DNA of 64,000 nt from Escherichia coli (GCF_030013205.1 NZ_CP122648.1), one strand, 5' to 3'. Positions 21,160 through 32,493 are shown, counted from the first letter of the stretch. Numbers and translations: made by a program. Notes: generated by a model not told the origin, from the letters alone.

Positions 21160-21456
21160 TCCGTATAAAGATTCAGCTGACAAAACTTTATCAGTCCATA
21201 AGAATCAACGGAAGCACCGATGGTTCACTTGGTCATCGCCAAGTTTTGCCATAACCGGTAGCAATGATCATTCTGTGTAACTATTTGGCCCACAGATGAT
21301 GATGTTTATCGATGTCTCCTCTGTCTGAATGTCGCATAAAGAGGATCATCAGCAGACACAGCCAGTGAACCACCGTCCGCGGAACAAAGCGCCGGACCAC
21401 ATCCGGATCCGGCAGGGACATGACTGGCATGATCAAGTAATTATGTCGCATCTCCC

Positions 21457-21870
21457 TCACTCCTGGTCCCGGAGCAAATCTGGCTGGTATCTGTAAACAT
21501 ACTTCGTACATGCCGCTCTGCAATAAATCCCCGTATCACAGGTTTCACAGAACTTCTTCCCATGAAAAAGCCTCTCGCACATCACGCAATGCCACTCCAG
21601 CACGACAGGTAATGGCGATAAAAACATCGCCATATCATCAATGTAAGGATGGGATTTTTCCGGATTCAGCACCACGCAGGCCGCCTTCTGTTGCGCGCTC
21701 AGGGCATGTAAATCATGCTCAAACCACGCCCCCTGAGCATCTGTCTGCAAAATCAACCGGCCACGACAGGAAAGGCAGAAACACTGCCGGATATTTCTGC
21801 TGAGCGCAGAGTTGGCACTGATAATGTGCTCACCCGGCGTGATCCCCAGCCCCATTTTTATGCCGTTCAT
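21457..21870 (-). CDS. Cys/His-rich small protein (putative zinc-binding)
   Basis: 137 aa with multiple CxxC pairs; ATG overlaps upstream gene stop (ATGA). Confidence 0.5.
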   Translation of the reverse strand: MNGIKMGLGITPGEHIISANSALSRNIRQCFCLSCRGRLILQTDAQGAWFEHDLHALSAQQKAACVVLNPEKSHPYIDDMAMFLSPLPVVLEWHCVMCERLFHGKKFCETCDTGIYCRAACTKYVYRYQPDLLRDQE

Positions 21871-22256
21871 CCTGCTACCACCTCCTCACTGAAGCGCCCG
21901 GTCTGGCAGTGTGTGCAGTACTGCTCCCCATAATAATCGTGGTGACATTGTCTGCAGTACCAGCTGGCTTTACGTACTACGGGTAAGGCATCCGGTACGA
22001 ATTGCTGCAGACGTTTAATCAAACGTATTTCTCTGCGTTCCGGTCTGACATAAGGGCACTCATGACCGTGCTCAGTCAGCCCATCGTCAGTGTGTTCAAA
22101 CCAGGGACGTTCAGTGTCGTATTGCGGGTGGTATCTGAGTGCACTGCCACAAAGATGACAGGTATAACGATCATATGGCGCAGTCTGTGCGGTACGGGCA
22201 CCGGTCAGACGTCCGTTGCCATCAAATGCGAGAAAAGATTTTGCGTACATAGTCAT
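21867..22256 (-). CDS. Cys/His-rich small protein (putative zinc-binding)
   Basis: 129 aa; SD gagga; CHLCG...CPY...CRQCHH...CTHCQ motifs. Confidence 0.55.
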   Translation of the reverse strand: MTMYAKSFLAFDGNGRLTGARTAQTAPYDRYTCHLCGSALRYHPQYDTERPWFEHTDDGLTEHGHECPYVRPERREIRLIKRLQQFVPDALPVVRKASWYCRQCHHDYYGEQYCTHCQTGRFSEEVVAG

Positions 22257-22509
22257 ATTCCTCAGCCGCCAGACGACACGCAGGCAACAGCCGTCCCGGT
22301 ACGGGCAGCGTGGTCAGGGTGTGAATGGCGGTTCAGTTAAAATCTGGACTGGAGTTTGGGTAAAGCAGGCTGGTTGCTGTTACAGCACTGTGGTTGTCAC
22401 ACAATGGAACACTGACGTAAAAAACAGTCCGTGGGCGAGTGGATACATCGTTGCTGCCAGACAACAACCCATACTTTTGGTTTGCCGGGTATTGGCGCGC
22501 CAGTCGTGC

Positions 22510-23079
22510 TCAACTCCGGCTACAGCCAAAATTACGCTCACCGGTACCGTTGACTTTGGTGTACTCTTTCGCGAGATAGTCAGCACGGTTCAGCATATCC
22601 CGTAAACCAGCATCATCATCGCGTTCCAGCCACACCACCGGCCTGGCCGGAAAATGCACCAGCGTGGCATAGCATCCGGCATCCACCCCCAGGGCACTGC
22701 ACCACGCCTGTTTAATCATCCCGGCCAGTGACCCCGGATCGCGGTAATCGCCCGCACCACACCAGGTATCACGGTTGACCAGCAGTATCAGGTGATAGTG
22801 TTTTTTACCCCTGAGCACCCCGAATTCCCGGGCCCAGACGTAATGCAGCCTTGTGGTATGTACGCGTTTACCTTCACGGCGCTTACGCTTCTGGTAAGCA
22901 TCGATTCGGGCTTTCAGGGCATTGATGAAGCGGGATATCACTGCTGCGTCAGTTGCTGCCGGTACATCCGGGAGACGCAGGTCAACCCGCAATGCCGTCA
23001 GACGGGGATGAACATCAAGTGCGCGCAGCACCGTCTCACGGATACGTTGTTGCCAGAAGGGTTTGTACTCGTGTGTCAT
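22510..23079 (-). CDS. YagK/YfjJ-family (inovirus Gp2-like) protein
   Basis: 189 aa; SD ggag; resembles YfjJ-type proteins of CP4-57-like elements (from memory). Confidence 0.55.
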   Translation of the reverse strand: MTHEYKPFWQQRIRETVLRALDVHPRLTALRVDLRLPDVPAATDAAVISRFINALKARIDAYQKRKRREGKRVHTTRLHYVWAREFGVLRGKKHYHLILLVNRDTWCGAGDYRDPGSLAGMIKQAWCSALGVDAGCYATLVHFPARPVVWLERDDDAGLRDMLNRADYLAKEYTKVNGTGERNFGCSRS

Positions 23080-23282
23080 GGTTAAATCTCCGTATGGTTT
23101 CGTTCATACGGAATAACCACGCCGTTAAAAATGCGCAGAGTCCCTGAAGTGATCGCCAACCAGGCAATATCTCAGGCACCCGGTGATAACCCGACAGTCG
23201 TCTCCGGACTGACGGCTGAATTTTCAGCGTTGTTTTTTTAATGCAAAAAGCCGGTTACGGGGAAGGTTGTGAGGAGGACGTG

Positions 23283-23480
23283 ATGGTGATACGCCAAACG
23301 GTGTGCAGGGATTGTGATAACGCCATCCCTCATAATACGGAATGTTGCCCGAGCTGCGCGTCAACAGCTTCCTCAGGCTATTACCGAAATACCGATCGTC
23401 TGCTCTTTCTACTGACGTTACTGTCTGTGCTGATTCTGGCTGTCGTTTCAGGCGTCAGTGTATTTGTACTGTTGCGGTAG
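23283..23480 (+). CDS. small zinc-ribbon membrane protein
   Basis: 65 aa from ATG with strong SD gaggagg; CxxC...CCPSC followed by a C-terminal TM helix. Confidence 0.4.
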   Translation: MVIRQTVCRDCDNAIPHNTECCPSCASTASSGYYRNTDRLLFLLTLLSVLILAVVSGVSVFVLLR

Positions 23481-23818
23481 GTTACAGGGGAGGAATTATC
23501 CGGAATCAACGGGGCAGAACGCCCCGCCGCCTCTGCGTTTGCTGTGCCAGACAGTAACGCGCCGGATCCCCGGTAAATACGAGAAAACCTCAGCATATAC
23601 AGGCCGGTAATGCCCGAAAATCAGCCCATGACCACCCACACCTCCGGATACCATTCCCTTTTGATTTCGAATTCTTCGCTATACCGCTTAACGTTCCCGG
23701 TATTATCCTGGTTCCCGACAACAGGAACATATTCAGCTTTTAACAACCTGAGAAAACCCAAAAAGAATCACACAGAGCAGATAACACCTGGCGCAATACC
23801 GCTGTGATTGCCAAACGT

Positions 23819-24031
23819 TCAGGTGACATATTTCCAGACGGAAGCCGGCACGCGATCATAAAGTTTGTTCATCGTCAGTTCTGCCAGCCGGTGATCGACC
23901 GCAGAGTTGAAAGCTTCCAGCTCCGCAGGGGTAAGTTTATAACGCGTGTGGGAAATCACTTTTTCCAGTGTCTCCCGGGATGAACAACGACGGAACTGAT
24001 ACAGCCAGTCTTCTTTGGTTTTAACTTCCAT
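23819..24031 (-). CDS. small hypothetical protein
   Basis: 70 aa, SD gagagg upstream. Confidence 0.4.
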   Translation of the reverse strand: MEVKTKEDWLYQFRRCSSRETLEKVISHTRYKLTPAELEAFNSAVDHRLAELTMNKLYDRVPASVWKYVT

Positions 24032-24733
24032 TAGCCTCTCATTACTTTATGCTGCAATTAACGTGATACTGTCAGCATGCCGCACCAGACCGGCATTCTG
24101 GTACCCTCCCCAAACTTATTACTCCCGTGCCACCACTTAACCGGTATCTCAGACTGACACTCACCAGGTCGGATACGTTTACCGCTCAAATACACTCTGT
24201 TCACGTGTGTTGCAGGTACGTTTTATATACGCAGGTTATACGCCAGCTATCAGAGATAGCCCTGTGGGTACAACGCAATCTGTTGTTACTGCGTTCTCAT
24301 ACCCACTGATCACACTCACAGTGTTTATTTCACATATATGAACTCATGTATTTGATCTCATGTGTTTGCTCTCTCTTATATATTTAATACCAATCAGACA
24401 GTCTTATCCCATCGGTGATACCTGTCGCCTGCCCGCCGGACACGGGCTGCCCCACCGTAACCGCCCCGTAAATAACTCTGCAATTATCAGAACGACGGCT
24501 CTTCCCCTCATCCTCCCGAAAAGCATCCCTTCTCTGTCGTGCGTACGCGCGGGAAGCATCGTTTCGCGGTAGCCACCGGGTATCTCAGCATCATGCCCCC
24601 TGTTTATCTCTCGGCAGGAATATTCCCCTACTCATTTTTTACGTTTCTCCCCGGTTGTTATGCCGGTGAAGGTGGTGCGTTGTTTTTATCACCAATGCCG
24701 GTTGAGATTAACAACATCCGAAGGAACATTTTC

Positions 24734-24940
24734 ATGAATATCCCAGTTTCACTGATGGATGACCAGATGGTCGACATGGCGTTTATCACTCAACTGACCG
24801 GCTTAACCGATAAGTGGTTTTACAAGCTCATCAAGGATGGTGCCTTTCCAGCCCCCATCAAACTCGGCCGCAGCTCCCGATGGCTGAAAAGTGAAGTGGA
24901 AGCCTGGTTGCAGGCGCGTATTGCTCAGTCCCGTCCGTAA
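24734..24940 (+). CDS. alpA: AlpA-family phage transcriptional regulator
   Basis: 68 aa from ATG with SD aagga; HTH, ...RSSRWLKSEVEAWL... typical of AlpA/Vis. Confidence 0.7.
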   Translation: MNIPVSLMDDQMVDMAFITQLTGLTDKWFYKLIKDGAFPAPIKLGRSSRWLKSEVEAWLQARIAQSRP

Positions 24941-25025
24941 TTCCTGACCGTTATCCGTTCAACCGCAGCGAATACACTATCCGGCCTCCGGAGGCATTCT
25001 GCTGCGTGCTAAAGGAGAAAATATT

Positions 25026-25598
25026 ATGCAAAAACTTGAAAACCGGTGTGATCTGCTGCTCATCCAGCATCAGAAATGGATGGCAAGTGTAACCCGGTTT
25101 ATTGTCGCTCATGGAATGGGCTCTCCGCATCTTCATGGTTATCACCGCCTGACCCTGGCCCACTTTTTTCTGCCGGAAAAAGGCACCATTATCTCGGTGG
25201 CACCACAGGGACTCTATCAGGTCGTCAACCCGGGAACGCCACCGTTCCTTCCTGCCATTCAGGAAGGGTTAATGACCAGCATTCAGACGCATGAAATCAT
25301 GCTGCTTACACATTTTAACCTGGGTGGTGTTTTACTCAGTGAACTACATCGTCTGGGCGAAAGCCGGCTGGCAAACAGGCTGAACAGTCTGCTCCGGCGT
25401 TTTGACGATCGCGATCTCTACCACACCCTGATATGGCTGTGCTGGTATGATCTGATGTGCGCCCGCTCCATGCAGCCCTGGACTGAAGAGTTAAAGCATA
25501 AATCACACGCAGAACTTGAACGCTGGGCTGTGGCACGCAAACGGGAAAAGCGCGAGCTTGAACTGATGATTGACGAGTATCTGCTATACGCCTGTTGA
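25026..25598 (+). CDS. hypothetical island protein
   Basis: 190 aa, SD aaggag. Confidence 0.5.
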   Translation: MQKLENRCDLLLIQHQKWMASVTRFIVAHGMGSPHLHGYHRLTLAHFFLPEKGTIISVAPQGLYQVVNPGTPPFLPAIQEGLMTSIQTHEIMLLTHFNLGGVLLSELHRLGESRLANRLNSLLRRFDDRDLYHTLIWLCWYDLMCARSMQPWTEELKHKSHAELERWAVARKREKRELELMIDEYLLYAC

Positions 25599-25712
25599 TT
25601 CATAACATTCCCGGGCCTGCGCGCATTCACTTTTCTTCCGTCACCATCATACAAAAGCTGGTGGTGACGAACATACGGCAATACAGCCTGAATAATCAGT
25701 CTCAGTGAGGCA

Positions 25713-27218
25713 TTATGACCGAAAGAATTGCTCTTTCCATTCTCTCAGTTTCTGGCTGTGATAGCCCTGCTCGTAACACGCCTTCAACTCAGAGAACGTG
25801 ATATTGTTTACTCTGGAAAGCAGGACATAGGTTGTTTTACCTTCTCTCTCAAAGGAAAGCTTTAACTGAGACGCAAGAATGTTCAACAGTGCGTTCAGTT
25901 TTTTTCTGTTTCTGAAACGCCCCGGGCCACACTGGAGAATATAATTTTTCCTGACACGAGGCGGGCATTCTCCGCGGCACTCCTCAATGAGCCAGTCGAG
26001 CAGCTCCTGTGCGTCCTGCAGCTGCAGTTCAGATTCATCAGGTAACGCAAATAATTTTTTATATTCATCTGTGTACCACGAACTTATTACGACAGCAGAC
26101 GTCATGATATCGGCAGTAATTTTCCCTTCCCCCTGACTGAAATACTGCAATAATGCAGCAATTCTCGCAATGTTTTCTGTTTTTTTTGAAACATGTCCCC
26201 GAAACGCACTTAACGGACCGGAAGGAGATAAATCCTGCTCAAGAACATTATAGTGCTCAATAAATATTTTTTGCGCTTCAGGCGAAAAATGCAGACAATA
26301 CCGTTCATCCTTACTGGATTTTTCAATACTGGCTCTGGCCAGTTCCATTAATCGTTCATGAAATGCCGTTAACGATCCTCCCGGGGTCACAGCTCCGTTA
26401 ATAAAGCGTTTCCCCTGCGTGCTTGCAGGTTTACTGATAAGGCAACGGGCAAGAAAACCACTGTCTCTGGCAACAGCACCTTTTCGCTCCATATATCGGT
26501 CAAAAAGACCGGGTTGCACCATGAGGGATAACGTCATTCTGGCATTTTCAATCATCTGTTCGGGTTCATTCTTTCTGTCCACAGACAACACTGAGCCATC
26601 CCACATTTTGTTAATAAAAGGCAACTCAGACAGGGTATATCCATCAAATATAATACCAGCTTCATCTGACATAATACCAACTGAACGCCATTTACCACAA
26701 AGCTGATTCTTAATTGCCGCAGTCGTGGCATCATTAACAATGAATTTATACCTCACAGGTTCTTCCGCACTGTTTTTCTGAAGTACTTCCAGTTGTCTGA
26801 GGGTTTCTGACTCATCCGCGCCTTTGCGGAGTTCTTTATTCAGTTTTGACAACAATGCTTTTTTCTGAGCCTTTAAAAGCTCTTCCTTGTTTTTCCAGAC
26901 AGCCAGTTCACTTTTGTATCTGGAATATAACTGCATCTCCTGCTGGTACAGGGGCTTCATTAATAATTTGTCCACTGCGGTTTTTCGTTCTCCGGACTCG
27001 GCAAGCGTCAGGAAAAAAAGAGAAACCGGCCCCCGCAGTGTATTCAGTCTGCAGACATCAATCAGATTCTGGCAGACAAGTGAAACAGCGCCCAGTGCAG
27101 ATGCTGCCACAAGCCCAAGGGGAGCCTGCGTAATTTGCTGAGCTTCAATAACGGCATCACGAATGAGTGGAGGCAGCGAACTCAGGGGGAACTCATCACA
27201 AGGCTGACCGAATGACAT
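25713..27218 (-). CDS. DUF3987-like (YfjI-family) island protein
   Basis: 501 aa from ATG 27218 with SD tgaggt (track ORF starts at upstream TTG); follows alpA as in CP4-57-like elements. Confidence 0.5.
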   Translation of the reverse strand: MSFGQPCDEFPLSSLPPLIRDAVIEAQQITQAPLGLVAASALGAVSLVCQNLIDVCRLNTLRGPVSLFFLTLAESGERKTAVDKLLMKPLYQQEMQLYSRYKSELAVWKNKEELLKAQKKALLSKLNKELRKGADESETLRQLEVLQKNSAEEPVRYKFIVNDATTAAIKNQLCGKWRSVGIMSDEAGIIFDGYTLSELPFINKMWDGSVLSVDRKNEPEQMIENARMTLSLMVQPGLFDRYMERKGAVARDSGFLARCLISKPASTQGKRFINGAVTPGGSLTAFHERLMELARASIEKSSKDERYCLHFSPEAQKIFIEHYNVLEQDLSPSGPLSAFRGHVSKKTENIARIAALLQYFSQGEGKITADIMTSAVVISSWYTDEYKKLFALPDESELQLQDAQELLDWLIEECRGECPPRVRKNYILQCGPGRFRNRKKLNALLNILASQLKLSFEREGKTTYVLLSRVNNITFSELKACYEQGYHSQKLREWKEQFFRS

Positions 27219-28402
27219 AGTAACCTCACTACATACAGATATAAAAGCACTGCAATTTTGGCTATTAATAGCAAAAATAGCAGTCAAATCAATATGAGGT
27301 AAAAATTTTTGTTGATTTAATGGTTAAATAATAACCACAGTGTGTTTTGCTGCTGAAGAAAGACAAAATGAATCTGTGTGTCCCCTCCTTCCCTTCGGAG
27401 CATATCTACTGTTCAAATTTTACACAATCACGTACAAACAAAAAGCATCATCCCGGGTATTGCAGATACCGGTTTCCTGCCGGGAAGAATCATAAACAGA
27501 AAACCCGGAATAACACCTTCAGAAAGCGACTTCCCTCCTGAAGAATAATAAAGAAGACGATAATTCCTGTCCTGAATTCGATATTTCATGGATATGACGC
27601 CATTTTTATAAATGACAAAAAAGCATTTAATGCTGACACATCAGGAAAAACAAAATAATACCCCCCTGCCGATACAGATAAAACACACCAATTTTCTTTG
27701 AATGCTCCCGCATAATTGTCAGACAGTGATAAAAATGGGTTATGACAATCTTTCTTCAACAAAAACCTGTCTTCTGTTTTTTTACATCAGCATCCTGCTT
27801 AAATTAAACGTAAACGAGCACAGCATTTCTGTACCAGAACTAAAAATCAGCTATTATTCAGCACCCTCAATCAATAAAATCTCAACAATATTATCCGGAA
27901 CAGCATGGTACCTCTATCAAAGGTTTTTAACAGGACAATTAACATTACTGAACAGCCTTCCTGCAGAACCACTGCAAATATAAAACCAGGGCGCAGGATA
28001 AATAATCACACCCTGAAAAATGCTGTCACACAAAAAAAAATTAATCACTGCACATAATCCGGAAGCGAAATACCAAACAACCCGGTATCAACAGGTATCA
28101 TTGCGTGCGCCACTCTTATAAAAAACACACAGCAGAAGTAAGATAATTATAAACGTAATTTTAATATCTCTCTGCCCCCCACAAAAAAACACTGAAAAAA
28201 AAATACTCACATCAGTAAACATGAGCACACCTGATAATCAGGCTGTCAGAGGAATGATATTTCCCTTTTACGGGATAGTCAGCCCGCCATTGAACAATGT
28301 TCAAATCGATTCAAAATAATTTCAGACAGATATTATCGTTGTGAGTCCCCCGCCACCTTTCCGGTACGCGGGATTTTGTCTTTTTTCACCGGGAATACAT
28401 GT

Positions 28403-29275
28403 ATGAATCCGTCTGATGCCATTGAGGCAATTGAAAAACCGCTCTCCTCCCTGCCTTATTCGCTTTCCCGTCACATCCTGGAACATCTGCGTAAACTCAC
28501 CAGCCACGAACCCATGATTGGCATTATGGGGAAAAGCGGGGCCGGTAAATCCTCACTCTGTAATGCGCTGTTTCAGGGGGAGGTCACCCCGGTCAGTGAT
28601 GTTCACGCCGGCACCCGGGAAGTGCGGCGCTTCCGTCTGAGTGGCCACGGTCACAGCATGATTATCACTGACCTGCCCGGGGTGGGCGAGAGCCGGGACA
28701 GGGATGCAGAGTATGAAGCCCTGTACCGTGACATTCTGCCTGAACTTGACCTGGTACTGTGGCTGATTAAAGCCGATGACCGTGCCCTGTCTGTGGATGA
28801 GTATTTCTGGCGACACATCCTGCACCGGGGACATCAGCGGGTACTGTTTGTGGTGACGCAGGCCGATAAAACGGAGCCCTGCCATGAATGGGATATGGCC
28901 GGTATTCAGCCTTCTCCCGCACAGGCACAGAACATTCGCGAAAAAACGGAGGCGGTATTCCGTCTGTTCCGGCCCGTACATCCGGTTGTGGCCGTATCGG
29001 CCCGCACCGGCTGGGAACTGGATACGCTGGTCAGCGCGCTCATGACAGCACTTCCCGACCATGCCGCCAGTCCCCTGATGACCCGCCTGCAGGACGAGCT
29101 GTGCACGGAATCTGTCCGGGGGCAGGCCCGTGAACAGTTTACCGGTGCGGTGGACCGGATATTTGACACGGCGGAGAGCGTCTGTGTTGCCTCTGTTGCA
29201 CGCACGGTTCTGCGTGCCGTCCGTGACACGGTGGTCTCTGTTGCCCGCGCGGTATGGAACTGGATTTTCTTCTGA
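28403..29275 (+). CDS. yeeP: YeeP/YkfA-family GTPase
   Basis: P-loop GKSGAGKSS; placed immediately upstream of the antigen 43 gene as in CP4-44. Confidence 0.7.
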   Translation: MNPSDAIEAIEKPLSSLPYSLSRHILEHLRKLTSHEPMIGIMGKSGAGKSSLCNALFQGEVTPVSDVHAGTREVRRFRLSGHGHSMIITDLPGVGESRDRDAEYEALYRDILPELDLVLWLIKADDRALSVDEYFWRHILHRGHQRVLFVVTQADKTEPCHEWDMAGIQPSPAQAQNIREKTEAVFRLFRPVHPVVAVSARTGWELDTLVSALMTALPDHAASPLMTRLQDELCTESVRGQAREQFTGAVDRIFDTAESVCVASVARTVLRAVRDTVVSVARAVWNWIFF

Positions 29276-29389
29276 ACAGTCTGCCAGGGAAATGCCTGAT
29301 TACATTACGTTAACCAACTGAAAACATGACACAAACACCTCATACTCCTCCTGTTTCTCTTGCATGACTGCCTCGTCATTAATAGAATA

Positions 29390-29432
29390 AAACGATCGAT
29401 AAAACAGGTATCGATCGCCATCATCGATCGTT
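29390..29432. promoter_or_regulatory. three clustered GATC sites upstream of Ag43 (Dam/OxyR phase-variation switch)
   Basis: GATC at 29394, 29413 and 29426 within 36 bp, about 220 bp upstream of the Ag43 start. Confidence 0.6.
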
Positions 29433-29646
29433 TATAGTGGTTAATGACCTGCGAAAAGGCAGTTGATTCTCTTCATCATGCAGAACGGAATTGCACACAA
29501 CGGACTGATGCTTCTCTGGCGGATGAGAGAGGGGAAGCATTTATGTCCGAGAAAAACCACTTTATCTGACCATGCTGTTTTGTACCTGCCGGTATCCACA
29601 TTTGTGGGTACCGGCTTTTTTATTCACCCTCTGTAAGGAAAAGCTG

Positions 29647-32493
29647 ATGAAACGACATCTGAACACCAGCTACAGGCTGGTATGGAATCACATTACGGGC
29701 ACCCTGGTGGTGGCTTCCGAACTGGCCCGCTCACGGGGGAAACGTACTGGCGTGGCGCTGGCGCTGTCTCTTGCCACCGCCACTTCAGTCCCGGCCCTGG
29801 CTGCTGACAGTGTTGTACAGGCAGGGGAAATCGTGAACGGCGGGACACTGGTAAATCATGACAACCAGATTGTCTTCGGTACGACCAACGGAATGACCAT
29901 CAGTACCGGGCTGGAGTATGGGCCGGATAACGAGGCCAATACCGGCGGGCAATGGGTACAGGATGGCGGCACAGCCAGTAATACCACCATCAGCAACGGC
30001 GGGCTCCAGTTTGTAGGTGCCGGGGGAAAGGCTACAGACACAATAATCAATGAAGGAGGCGGACAAAGTCTGAAGGGACTGGCACTGAACACCACGCTGA
30101 ATGGTGGCGAGCAGTGGATGCATGAAGGTGCGATAGCCACAGGAACCGTCATTAATGATAAGGGCTGGCAGGTCGTCAAACCCGGCGCAGTGGCAACAGA
30201 CACCGTTGTGAATACCGGCGCAGAAGGAGGACCGGATGCAGAAAATGGTGATACCGGGCAGTTTGTTCGCGGAAATGCCGTACGTACCACTATCAATAAA
30301 AATGGTCGTCAGATTGTGGTAGCCACCGGAGTGGCAAACACCACGGTGGTTTATGCCGGCGGCGACCAGACGGTACATGGCCACGCACTGGATACCACGC
30401 TGAATGGCGGTAACCAGTATGTGCACAACGGCGGTACAACGTCTGACACTGTTGTGAACAGTGACGGCTGGCAGATTATCAAGGAAGGTGGTCTGGCGGA
30501 TTTCACCACCGTTAACCAGAAAGGCAAACTGCAGGTGAACGCCGGTGGTACAGCCACGAATGTCACCCTGAAGCAGGGCGGCGCACTGGTCACCAGTACT
30601 GCTGCAACGGTTCTTGGCAGCAACCGTCTGGGGAATTTCACGGTGGAAAACGGTAAGGCTGACGGCGTTGTTCTGGAGTCCGGCGGTCGCCTGGATGTAC
30701 TGGAGGGCCATTCAGCGCAGAATACCCTGGTGGATGACGGCGGTACCCTGGCAGTGTCTGCCGGTGGTAAGGCAACAGATGTCACCATGACATCCGGTGG
30801 TGCCCTGATTGCAGACAGTGGTGCCACTGTTGAGGGGACCAATGCCAGCGGTAAGTTCAGTATTGATGGCATATCCGGTCAGGCCAGCGGCCTGCTGCTG
30901 GAAAATGGCGGCAGCTTTACGGTTAATGCCGGGGGACAGGCCGGTAACACCACTGTCGGATATCGTGGAACACTGACGCTGGCTGCCGGGGGAAGTCTGA
31001 GTGGCAGAACACAGCTCAGTAAAGGTGCCAGCATGGTACTGAATGGCGATGTGGTCAGTACCGGCGATATTGTTAACGCAGGGGAGATTCGCTTTGATAA
31101 TCAGACAACACCGGATGCCGCGCTGAGCCGTGCTGTTGCAAAAAGTAACTCCCCGGTAACGTTCCATAAACTGACCACCAGTAACCTCACCGGCCAGGGC
31201 GGCACCATCAATATGCGTGTCAGCCTTGATGGCAGTAATGCCTCAGACCAGCTGGTAATTAATGGTGGTCAGGCAACCGGCAAAACCTGGCTTGCGTTCA
31301 CAAATGTCGGAAACAGCAATCTCGGGGTGGCAACCTCCGGACAGGGTATCAGGGTTGTGGATGCACAGAATGGCGCCACCACAGAAGAAGGTGCGTTTGC
31401 CCTGAGTCGCCCGCTTCAGGCCGGCGCCTTTAACTACACCCTGAACCGTGACAGCGATGAAGACTGGTACCTGCGCAGTGAAAATACTTATCGTGCTGAA
31501 GTCCCCCTGTATGCCTCCATGCTGACACAGGCAATGGACTATGACCGGATTCTGGCAGGCTCCCGCAGCCATCAGACCGGTGTAAGCGGTGAAAATAACA
31601 GCGTCCGTCTCAGCATTCAGGGCGGTCATCTCGGGCACGATAACAACGGTGGTATTGCCCGTGGGGCCACGCCGGAAAGCAGCGGCAGCTATGGCTTCGT
31701 CCGTCTGGAGGGTGACCTGCTCAGAACAGAGGTTGCCGGTATGTCTCTGACGACAGGGGTGTATGGTGCTGCAGGCCATTCTTCCGTTGAAGTTAAGGAT
31801 GATGACGGCTCCCGCGCCGGCACGGTCCGGGATGATGCCGGCAGCCTGGGCGGATACCTGAATCTGGTACACACATCCTCCGGCCTGTGGGCTGACATTG
31901 TGGCACAGGGAACCCGCCACAGCATGAAAGCGTCATCGGACAATAACGACTTCCGCGCCCGGGGCTGGGGCTGGCTGGGCTCACTGGAAACCGGTCTGCC
32001 CTTCAGTATCACTGACAATCTGATGCTGGAGCCACAACTGCAGTACACCTGGCAGGGACTTTCCCTGGATGACGGCCAGGATAACGCCGGTTATGTGAAG
32101 TTCGGGCATGGCAGTGCACAACATGTGCGTGCCGGCTTCCGTCTGGGCAGCCACAACGATATGACCTTTGGTGAAGGCACCTCATCCCGTGACACCCTGC
32201 GCGACAGTGCAAAACACAGTGTGCGTGAACTGCCGGTGAACTGGTGGGTACAGCCTTCTGTTATCCGCACCTTCAGTTCCCGGGGTGACATGAGCATGGG
32301 GACAGCCGCTGCCGGCAGTAACATGACGTTATCACCGTCACAGAATGGCACGTCACTGGACCTGCAGGCCGGACTGGAAGCCCGTGTCCGGGAAAATATC
32401 ACCCTGGGGGTACAGGCCGGTTATGCCCACAGCGTCAGCGGCAGCAGTGCTGAAGGTTATAACGGTCAGGCCACGCTGAATGTGACTTTCTGA
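29647..32493 (+). CDS. flu: antigen 43 self-associating autotransporter
   Basis: 949 aa from ATG 29647 (MKRHLNTSYRLVWNH...); long Gly/Thr-rich beta-helix passenger and C-terminal beta-barrel. Confidence 0.9.
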   Translation: MKRHLNTSYRLVWNHITGTLVVASELARSRGKRTGVALALSLATATSVPALAADSVVQAGEIVNGGTLVNHDNQIVFGTTNGMTISTGLEYGPDNEANTGGQWVQDGGTASNTTISNGGLQFVGAGGKATDTIINEGGGQSLKGLALNTTLNGGEQWMHEGAIATGTVINDKGWQVVKPGAVATDTVVNTGAEGGPDAENGDTGQFVRGNAVRTTINKNGRQIVVATGVANTTVVYAGGDQTVHGHALDTTLNGGNQYVHNGGTTSDTVVNSDGWQIIKEGGLADFTTVNQKGKLQVNAGGTATNVTLKQGGALVTSTAATVLGSNRLGNFTVENGKADGVVLESGGRLDVLEGHSAQNTLVDDGGTLAVSAGGKATDVTMTSGGALIADSGATVEGTNASGKFSIDGISGQASGLLLENGGSFTVNAGGQAGNTTVGYRGTLTLAAGGSLSGRTQLSKGASMVLNGDVVSTGDIVNAGEIRFDNQTTPDAALSRAVAKSNSPVTFHKLTTSNLTGQGGTINMRVSLDGSNASDQLVINGGQATGKTWLAFTNVGNSNLGVATSGQGIRVVDAQNGATTEEGAFALSRPLQAGAFNYTLNRDSDEDWYLRSENTYRAEVPLYASMLTQAMDYDRILAGSRSHQTGVSGENNSVRLSIQGGHLGHDNNGGIARGATPESSGSYGFVRLEGDLLRTEVAGMSLTTGVYGAAGHSSVEVKDDDGSRAGTVRDDAGSLGGYLNLVHTSSGLWADIVAQGTRHSMKASSDNNDFRARGWGWLGSLETGLPFSITDNLMLEPQLQYTWQGLSLDDGQDNAGYVKFGHGSAQHVRAGFRLGSHNDMTFGEGTSSRDTLRDSAKHSVRELPVNWWVQPSVIRTFSSRGDMSMGTAAAGSNMTLSPSQNGTSLDLQAGLEARVRENITLGVQAGYAHSVSGSSAEGYNGQATLNVTF

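Noticed and set aside
29785-32402. Multiple long minus-strand ORFs inside the antigen 43 gene
   Set aside because: Antisense artefacts of the GC-rich repetitive beta-helix coding sequence.
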